A stretch of 64,000 nucleotides of DNA from Ilumatobacter sp. (GTDB taxonomy: Bacteria > Actinomycetota > Acidimicrobiia > Acidimicrobiales > Ilumatobacteraceae): contig NZ_JASJCS010000008.1 in NCBI RefSeq assembly GCF_030065885.1, forward strand, positions 12,067 to 76,066, read 5' to 3'. How positions within the stretch are numbered: the stretch's first letter is position 1; the number at the start of each line of letters is the position of its first letter. Shown one piece after another: positions 57,221-64,000 of this stretch. Below the pieces are notes generated by a model that searched no databases, was not told the origin of the DNA, and worked only from the letters and a program-made list of their open reading frames with translations. Position numbers and translations under genes: made by a program.

Positions 57221-58941
57221 CGGACCGGTGCGGGCTGGGCACCACGGACGAGCCGCCCGGGTGTCGCGCCGGTCGATTCGCCGTCGGCCATGATCTCGGT
57301 CCCGGCGACGAACGTGTGGCGGTAGCCGGTGGCCCGCTGCAGCATCCGACGACCACCGGCCGGCAGGTCGTGCACGATGTCGGGCACGTGCAGACGGAGG
57401 TGGTCGAAGTCGATGACGTTGACGTCGGCCCGGTAGCCCGGCGCGAGCACGCCGCGGTCGTGCAGCCCGACCGTCTCGGCGGTCATGCGGCACTGCTTGG
57501 CGATCAGCGTCTCGACGGGGATCCGGCCGCGGGGGCGGTCACGGCCCCACCACTGCAGCAAGGTGGTCGGGAAGCTGACGTCGCAGATCGTGCCGACGTG
57601 GGCGCCGCCGTCGCTCAAGCCGGGCACGGCCGCGGAATGCTGCAGCATCTCGCCGACGACGTCGAGGTTGCCGTTCGCCCAGTTCAGGCTCGGCACGTAG
57701 AGCAGCGCCCGGCCGTCGGCCTCGAGCAACCAGTCGTACGCGACCTCGACGGCGGCGCGGCCCTCCCGGTCGGCCGTCGCCGCCGCGGAGTCGGCCGGGT
57801 CCGGCTCGTAGTTCGGCGGGTCGCCGAGCCGGAACATCTGCGGAAACCAGCCGACGACACCGCTGCCGAGCTTGCCGCCCTTCTCGACGTGGGCGCCGTC
57901 GATGATCGCCTGCCGGACCTCGGGGCGCCGCATGCGCGCAACTCGCTCGGCGAGCGAGAGGTGCTCGATCTCGCAGTAGGCCGCGCTGAACATGAACGGG
58001 TTGAGCGTCGTCTCGAGGCCGAGCATGATGCCGACCGCCCGGGCGCCGACCTGGCCCCGCATCGTGACGCCGGCTGCGGTCGCCTCGGCGAACCGGTCGA
58101 GCTCGATCTTCCAGTCGTCGGGCCGGCGGGGCGCCTGGGCGATGGAGACCGAGATCGGCCGGCCGGATTCGGCCGCCATTGCGTGGAACAGGTCGAGCTC
58201 GGCTTCCATGTCGATGAAGTCGCTGACGACCTGGAGCACGCCCTGGCCGGCGGCGCCCATCGCCTGGGCGATCCCGACGAGCTCGTCGGCCTCGGCTCGC
58301 AGCGCCGGCGTCGGCTCGCCGAGGGAGGACTTGTGGTTCAGGGTGCGGCTCGTGGTGAAGCCGAGCGCGCCGGCCTCGACCGCCTCACGGGCGATCTCGG
58401 CCATCCGGGCGATGTCGTCGGGCGTCGCCGGCTCCTGGTTCGCTCCACGCTCGCCCATCACGTGGAGCCGGACTGCGCCGTGCGGGAGCTGGGCACCGAG
58501 ATCGATGTCGCGCGGCTTGCCGTCGAGGTCGTCGAGGTACTCCGGGAAGCTCGACCACTCCCACGACAGGCCCTCGTGGAGTGCCGTTCCCGGGATGTCC
58601 TCGACGCCCTCCATCAGCTGGATCAGGCGCTGGCGGTCCTGCTCGTGGACGGGCGCGAAGCCGACTCCGCAGTTGCCCATGACGACCGTGGTGACGCCGT
58701 GCCAGCTCGACGGCGCGAGCTGGGTGTCCCACGTCGCCTGGCCGTCGTAGTGCGTGTGGATGTCGACGAAGCCAGGTGCGACGAGGTGGCCCTCGGCGTC
58801 GATCTCCCGGCGCCCGCTGCCGTCGACGTCGCCGGCCGCGGTGACGAGACCGCCGGACACCGCCACGTCGCCGACGAATCGGTCACCGCCCGTCCCATCG
58901 ACCACCGTTCCGTTCCGGATCACCAGATCGTGCTCAGCCAT
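57217..58941 (-). CDS. N-acyl-D-amino-acid deacylase family protein
   Basis: PGFVDIHTHYDGQ, GNCGVGFAP, SDGGAH, GYRADVNVID. Confidence 0.9.
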   Translation of the reverse strand: MAEHDLVIRNGTVVDGTGGDRFVGDVAVSGGLVTAAGDVDGSGRREIDAEGHLVAPGFVDIHTHYDGQATWDTQLAPSSWHGVTTVVMGNCGVGFAPVHEQDRQRLIQLMEGVEDIPGTALHEGLSWEWSSFPEYLDDLDGKPRDIDLGAQLPHGAVRLHVMGERGANQEPATPDDIARMAEIAREAVEAGALGFTTSRTLNHKSSLGEPTPALRAEADELVGIAQAMGAAGQGVLQVVSDFIDMEAELDLFHAMAAESGRPISVSIAQAPRRPDDWKIELDRFAEATAAGVTMRGQVGARAVGIMLGLETTLNPFMFSAAYCEIEHLSLAERVARMRRPEVRQAIIDGAHVEKGGKLGSGVVGWFPQMFRLGDPPNYEPDPADSAAATADREGRAAVEVAYDWLLEADGRALLYVPSLNWANGNLDVVGEMLQHSAAVPGLSDGGAHVGTICDVSFPTTLLQWWGRDRPRGRIPVETLIAKQCRMTAETVGLHDRGVLAPGYRADVNVIDFDHLRLHVPDIVHDLPAGGRRMLQRATGYRHTFVAGTEIMADGESTGATPGRLVRGAQPAPVR

Positions 58942-59022
58942 GCGGACCCCCTTCGCCCCGGCACGCCACGGTACTGCCCCGGCAACTGGCGCCCCCGGTC
59001 GTACGGGTCGAGCGGACGCAGG

Positions 59023-60126
59023 TCAGCGGATCGTCGAATCGACGACCTGGGGGGCGCCACGACCGAGGAAGAAGATCCCCGGGAAGCCTCTGGTCTCGAA
59101 GCCGAGGCTCGGGTTGCCATCGAGCAGCGACCGCTCGATCCGCAGCTCGCCGGTGCGGTTGTTCGACACGAAGAAGATGGCGCCACCGCCTTCGCGGGCA
59201 CTGTTGCCCTCGATGACGCTGCCCCGCAGGTCGAGCGTGAATCGGTTGCCGTCGAGGTAGATCGCGCCGCCGCTGCCACCGCCGGGCGTACCGGCTCGGG
59301 CCGGGTTGGCGCCGTTGCCGATCGCGTGGTTGTTCGTGAACTCGCTGTTGTAGATCCGCCACGAGACGCCGATGCTCGAGATCGCGGCCCCGTTGGAGCA
59401 GTCGTTGCCACGGAACTCGCTCCCTGCGACGACGACCGGCAGCCCTTCGTATTGGCTGAGCACGCGCAGGGCTGCGCCGCCGAGGTCGGGCCCCGCGGAG
59501 TCGCACCGGTTGTCGATGAACGTCGAGTCGAGCACCTTGACCCGACCGCCCCGGACGAAGACCGCTCCCCCGCCGCCCCCCTCGGTGACGTCGCCGGTGC
59601 TGTTGCCGTCCCTGAACGTCAGGCCCTGCATCGTGAGCTGCGGGTGGTCCTGGTTCTGGCAGTGCGGCGTGGTCCAGATCTGGGCCCGGTCGCACGTGTT
59701 CATGTACAGGATGCGACGCTGCCCGGCACCGCTCAACGTGACGATGCCGCCCCCGTCGAGCACGACGATCGGCGAGGTGTTCACCACCTTGGCGGTCTGC
59801 GTCATCGTGATCGTCACCGGGTCGGGCCCGCAGTCGAACGTGATGATCCCGCCGGCGGCGACGGCGTCGACGACCGCGCGAGAGGTGCAGCTCGCAGGGG
59901 TGCCGGTCCCGATCACCCGATCGGGGTTCGACGTGTCGACGAGGCGTGCCTCGGAAGGCAGGGGAACGTCGCCCGGGTCGTCGGCCCGCTGGAGCGGCAC
60001 CCGCTCGGCCGGCTCGTCGGCCGTCGCCGCGCCGTCGATCCCGGAGCCGAGCGCGGCGGCCACGGAGGCGACACCCGCCACCGCGAGGGCGACGGCGACG
60101 GCGGCGGTGGGGCTTCGTCCGGTCAC
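59023..60126 (-). CDS. Secreted right-handed beta-helix (pectin-lyase-fold/Pmp-like) protein
   Basis: Signal-like N-terminus; repeated GGA(I/V/A)...FxxN motifs. Confidence 0.7.
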   Translation of the reverse strand: MTGRSPTAAVAVALAVAGVASVAAALGSGIDGAATADEPAERVPLQRADDPGDVPLPSEARLVDTSNPDRVIGTGTPASCTSRAVVDAVAAGGIITFDCGPDPVTITMTQTAKVVNTSPIVVLDGGGIVTLSGAGQRRILYMNTCDRAQIWTTPHCQNQDHPQLTMQGLTFRDGNSTGDVTEGGGGGAVFVRGGRVKVLDSTFIDNRCDSAGPDLGGAALRVLSQYEGLPVVVAGSEFRGNDCSNGAAISSIGVSWRIYNSEFTNNHAIGNGANPARAGTPGGGSGGAIYLDGNRFTLDLRGSVIEGNSAREGGGAIFFVSNNRTGELRIERSLLDGNPSLGFETRGFPGIFFLGRGAPQVVDSTIR

Positions 60127-60181
60127 GCCTCCAGTATCGACGACGGCTGCGGCCGCCCTGAGGCACCGCTTCGGTCATGGC

Positions 60182-60835
60182 TCAGCAGTGGTCCTGGAAG
60201 CCGTGGAGCGGGAGCTGACCGGTCAGCGTCACGAAGCCGGCCTCGAGCTCGGCGCAGCTGTTCTGGGTGATGCGCAGCATCGCCAGCGGCCGGTCGACGA
60301 GGCCCCACACGATGATCTCGGCGGCCTGCTCGATGCCGTTCTCGTGCCAGATCACCTCGTCGTAGTTCGACCAGTGGTCGTAGCCGCGCAGCTCCTGGAA
60401 CGCCGAGCGGGCGTCGTCGCCGGCGTTGTGGTCGACCCACGCATGGGCGAACTCGTGCAGGATGGTCACGGCGGTCGGGAACCCCGGCGCCGTCATGCAC
60501 AGCTCGACGTTGCTGCCCTCGGGAGCGTGCCGGTGCAGGCCCTGGGCGCCGTTGCAGCCGGTCCGGTCCTCGCCGTGGTAGTTGAAGCGGATCGACGGCA
60601 GCTCCATGTCCGCCTCCTCGAACAGCGAGAGCGCCCAGTGCACGGCGTCCTGGATCTCGACCGGTGCGTCGGCGTCGATCTCGTGCCGAACGGGCGAGTC
60701 GGCGTGCTCGTCGGTGTGCGTCGACGCCGCCGTGAGGGCGTCGGTGGGCGTGTTGACGGCGGCGAAGGCGCCGATCAGAACGGCGACGTTGATGGTGATC
60801 GAGGCGGCGGTGCGGAGGAGCTGGTGGCTGGTCAT
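60182..60835 (-). CDS. Secreted protein with HExxH zinc-binding motif
   Basis: Hydrophobic N-terminus; TILHEFAHAW; downstream IEQAAE. Confidence 0.6.
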   Translation of the reverse strand: MTSHQLLRTAASITINVAVLIGAFAAVNTPTDALTAASTHTDEHADSPVRHEIDADAPVEIQDAVHWALSLFEEADMELPSIRFNYHGEDRTGCNGAQGLHRHAPEGSNVELCMTAPGFPTAVTILHEFAHAWVDHNAGDDARSAFQELRGYDHWSNYDEVIWHENGIEQAAEIIVWGLVDRPLAMLRITQNSCAELEAGFVTLTGQLPLHGFQDHC

Positions 60836-61004
60836 GCAGCCACCGTCCGCGTCGCGGCTTCGGGGCCGCTTTCGAGCACTCAAGCCCGGCTGTCAGCGAC
60901 TTAAGGGCCACATAAGTCCTGGTCAGAGCGCTGGCCGACGTCGCGTTTAGTTGCGCCTCAGTCGGCTTCAGCCGGTGCGAAGACCGGTGCGAGACGGTGG
61001 CGCC

Positions 61005-61475
61005 ATGACACAGCAACTGACACGAACCGACCCACGACCCGGGCCCGCCGCGCCCGCCCTGGATCGCCCCCGGCGCCGGATCGTCCGGCTCGCCGCCACG
61101 CTGGGTGTTGCAGCGGTCACAGGATCTGCGGTCGTCGGCGCCGTGGTAGACGGCCACGATGCGGTAGACCCGGAGCACCCCGTACTCGACGCCCCCGCTG
61201 AGGTGCCGGCACCCGCCGAACCGAGCCCTCCGCCGCCCCGGGCTGCGGCCGAGATCATTCAGGCCGAGATCGACGCCGCAATCGCCGACCGGGGCCGCGC
61301 AGCGGCCAACTCGGACGAGGTCGTCGAGGGGCAGCCCGCCACCGCACCAGCCGTCGAGCTCGCAACGGACCGGGCGGTCGAACCGGCCGCGACCACGCCT
61401 GCAACGGCTCGTCGCCCCGCGTACCTGATCATCCAAGACGAGATCGACCGGGCCCTCGCAGAGCGGGACGGATGA
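61005..61475 (+). CDS. Hypothetical exported/membrane protein
   Basis: RRR + hydrophobic helix; repeated IIQAEIDAAIA / IIQDEIDRALA. Confidence 0.55.
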   Translation: MTQQLTRTDPRPGPAAPALDRPRRRIVRLAATLGVAAVTGSAVVGAVVDGHDAVDPEHPVLDAPAEVPAPAEPSPPPPRAAAEIIQAEIDAAIADRGRAAANSDEVVEGQPATAPAVELATDRAVEPAATTPATARRPAYLIIQDEIDRALAERDG

Positions 61476-61545
61476 TCGTCGACACCGCTGCTGACCTGCG
61501 GTTCTAGCGCCGTCCACGTGCTGGTTCCACCACCAGCGCAGCCTG

Positions 61546-62085
61546 ATGTTCCGGATCTACGGCCGCTTTCCCGGCAACGATATGGGGGTCAACTTCGACT
61601 ACTACCTCGTGCCGCCGGTCGACGCCAACGCCCCGCACTCGGCGGTCGGCACCACGATTCTGGCGGCCGGCCTCGCCGACGAGCCGGCGGTGCGGCTGCT
61701 GCTCGAGCATCTCGCGAGCCCCGAGTTCGGCACGATCTGGGCGGCCGAGGACCGGCCCTTCGACGCCGGCTCGGTCGCACCGCCGGGCACCGGCTTCGTC
61801 CCGCCGAACCGCCGCTTCGACACCGCCGCGTTCGGCCCGGCGAGCGACCCGAGGTCGATGTGCACCTGCGCATGCTCGGCGACATGCGGGCCCGCGATCG
61901 ACGCAGGCACGTTGCGCGGCCATGCGTCCGACGTGTTGCCGGTCTCGCTCGGCCGCCTCGCCGACGGCCAGCCGATGCTGCTCTACGAGGGGATGATGGA
62001 CTGGGTGCGCGAGGTCCGCACGCTCGAGGAGATCTTCGCCGACTTCGACGAAGCGGCCGACTTCGGCACGGTGAAGGGGTTCTGA
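61546..62085 (+). CDS. Hypothetical protein, possibly a C-terminal fragment of a solute-binding domain
   Basis: FDYYLVPPVD, VRLLLEHLASPEFG, GFVPPN, GMMDWV. Confidence 0.4.
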   Translation: MFRIYGRFPGNDMGVNFDYYLVPPVDANAPHSAVGTTILAAGLADEPAVRLLLEHLASPEFGTIWAAEDRPFDAGSVAPPGTGFVPPNRRFDTAAFGPASDPRSMCTCACSATCGPAIDAGTLRGHASDVLPVSLGRLADGQPMLLYEGMMDWVREVRTLEEIFADFDEAADFGTVKGF

Positions 62086-62178
62086 GCGGCTACCAGGACC
62101 GTGACCAGGGCTTAAGTCCTGGCTAAGCGCCGTCGCGCAGACTGCTCCGGACCACGTAGTGTCGAGCGAGGGGGCCAC

Positions 62179-64000
62179 ATGGAGTACCGGGTCTTGGGCA
62201 AGCTGGAGGTGCTGCGCGACGGCGATCCCGTCGATCTCGGGGCGTTCCGCCAGCGAGCGCTGCTAGCGCTGTTGCTGACGTCGCCGAACACGGTCTGGTC
62301 GACCGACCAGATCATCGACGGGCTCTGGGGCGACGACGTCGGCGCGGACCGCCAGAACGCGCTCTGGGTCCACGTCTCCGGTCTCCGCAAGGCGCTGGAA
62401 CCCGAGCGGGAGAAGCGCACCGACGGCACGATCCTGCTCACCCGGCCGCCCGGCTACCTGGTCGAGATCGACCCGGACGACATCGACGCCGTGCGGTTCG
62501 AGCGGCTCGTCGTCGAGGGTCGATCGCTGGCCGAGACCGACCCGGCGGCGGCGTCGCTCGCGCTCGGCGAGGCGCTCGCGCTGTGGCGCGGCCGCGCCTA
62601 CGAGGACTTCACGTACGAGTCGTTCGCCCAGACCGAGATCGCCCGGCTCGAGGAGCTGCGCCTCGAAGCGGTCGGCGCCCGCATCGACGCCGACCTCCAG
62701 CGCGGCCTGTCACGCGAGCTGGTGTCCGAGCTCGAGACGCTCGTGCGCCAGCACCCGCTGCGCGAGGAGCTCACCGGCCAGCTGATGCTCGCGCTGTACC
62801 GGTCGGGCCGTCAGGCCGAGGCGCTGCGGGCGTACCAGCTCCTGCAATCGCAGCTCGGCGACGAGCTCGGCATCGAGCCGTCGAACCGACTCCGCCGGCT
62901 GGAGGAGCAGATCGTCACCGGCGACGAGGCGCTCGACATCGGGGCCGCTGGCGCCCCGGCCGGTGGCGCCGTGCCCGGCCTCGCCGTGCGCGGCTACGAG
63001 CTGCGCGAGCAGATCGGCGAGGGCGCGTTCGGCGTCGCCTACCGTGCGTTCCAGCCCGCGGTCGGGCGCGAGGTGGCGATCAAGGTCATCCGGCCCGAGC
63101 TGGCGAACGACCCGGCGTTCATCCGCCGCTTCGAGGCGGAGGCACAGCTGGTCGCCCGGCTCGAACACCCGCACATCGTCCCGCTCTACGACTACTGGCG
63201 CGAACCCGACGCCGCCTACCTCGTGATGCGGCTGATGCGGGGCGGCAGCCTCGCCGACGTCCTCGCGGGCAGCGCGTTGACGGCCGAGCGGGCGACGACG
63301 GTGGTCGACCAGCTCGGCAGCGCGCTCGAGACCGCGCACCGGGCGGGCGTCGTGCACCGAGACATCAAGCCCGCCAACATCCTGATCGACGACGAGGGCA
63401 ACGCGTACCTCTCCGACTTCGGGATCGCGGTCGGTGCCGACGGCGAGCCGTCCGACGACGGGTCGGGCATCTCGACGGCCGGCCCGCCGTACGCGTCTCC
63501 CGAGCAACTCGACCGGGGGCCGGTCACGGCGGCTTCCGACATCTTCAGCCTCGCCGTCGTCATGGCGCAGGCGCTGACGGGGCTCCGCGGCGAGATCGGC
63601 CAGATCAGCGGCGCACTGGCGCCGGAGGTGCTCCGGGTCGTCGATCGTGCGACGGCCGCCGACGCCGATCGGCGCCACGGTCACGTCGCCGAGTTCGTGG
63701 GCGATCTGCGCCGGGCCCTGGGGGTGTCGGAGCCGGCTCCTCCGGTCGAAGAGGTCGAGTTCGACAATCCGTACAAGGGCCTGCGCGCCTTCGGCGCGGC
63801 CGACGCGGCCGACTTCCACGGCCGCGAACGCCTCGTCGAGAGGTTGCTCGCCCGGCTCGGTGCGCCCGGCGTCCGCGGCAGGTTCGTCGCGGTCGTCGGG
63901 CCGAGCGGCAGCGGCAAGTCGAGCGTCGTCAAGGCGGGTCTGCTCCCAGCATTGCGGCGTGGTGCGATCCCGCAGTCCGATCGGTGGTTCACCGTCGAGA
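62179..64000 (+). CDS. SARP/AfsR-type regulator: wHTH + BTAD + Ser/Thr kinase + STAND NTPase (runs off window end)
   Basis: Manual translation: MEYRVLGKLEV; HPLREE..LMLALYRSGRQAEAL; IGEGAFG, VAIK, HRDIKPAN, DFG; NPYKGLRAF...FHGRE, GPSGSGKSS. Confidence 0.9.
   Translation, partial: MEYRVLGKLEVLRDGDPVDLGAFRQRALLALLLTSPNTVWSTDQIIDGLWGDDVGADRQNALWVHVSGLRKALEPEREKRTDGTILLTRPPGYLVEIDPDDIDAVRFERLVVEGRSLAETDPAAASLALGEALALWRGRAYEDFTYESFAQTEIARLEELRLEAVGARIDADLQRGLSRELVSELETLVRQHPLREELTGQLMLALYRSGRQAEALRAYQLLQSQLGDELGIEPSNRLRRLEEQIVTGDEALDIGAAGAPAGGAVPGLAVRGYELREQIGEGAFGVAYRAFQPAVGREVAIKVIRPELANDPAFIRRFEAEAQLVARLEHPHIVPLYDYWREPDAAYLVMRLMRGGSLADVLAGSALTAERATTVVDQLGSALETAHRAGVVHRDIKPANILIDDEGNAYLSDFGIAVGADGEPSDDGSGISTAGPPYASPEQLDRGPVTAASDIFSLAVVMAQALTGLRGEIGQISGALAPEVLRVVDRATAADADRRHGHVAEFVGDLRRALGVSEPAPPVEEVEFDNPYKGLRAFGAADAADFHGRERLVERLLARLGAPGVRGRFVAVVGPSGSGKSSVVKAGLLPALRRGAIPQSDRWFTVE

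Overview
Very GC-rich actinobacterial chromosome segment; gene content and leaderless-type promoters suggest Acidimicrobiia/Ilumatobacter-like (inference). About 65 CDSs; no rRNA, tRNA, CRISPR array, integrase or transposase recognised. Contents: a dispersed leucine/isovalerate catabolic set (acyl-CoA dehydrogenase, MccA/B, HMG-CoA lyase, TetR, acetoacetyl-CoA synthetase) with a shared 16-bp operator at three promoters; paaABCDE + paaX; other aromatic/acyl-CoA enzymes; three ECF sigma factors; transporters; DNA repair genes (Tag, photolyase); a small accessory patch (7.6-10.2 kb) with a frameshifted hydrolase, a duplicated gene end and a TIR protein; and a truncated SARP/BTAD-kinase-STAND regulator. 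The most unusual locus is 53303-56058: a protein with an LQRxxGNxxVxRL N-terminal motif, three annexin repeats and a C-terminal HExGH zinc-peptidase region, translationally coupled to an acidic unknown gene (candidate membrane-targeted toxin/immunity pair). A promoter-driven ~80-nt stem-loop at 27449-27531 is a candidate sRNA. All calls are from reading motifs by eye; no searches were run.
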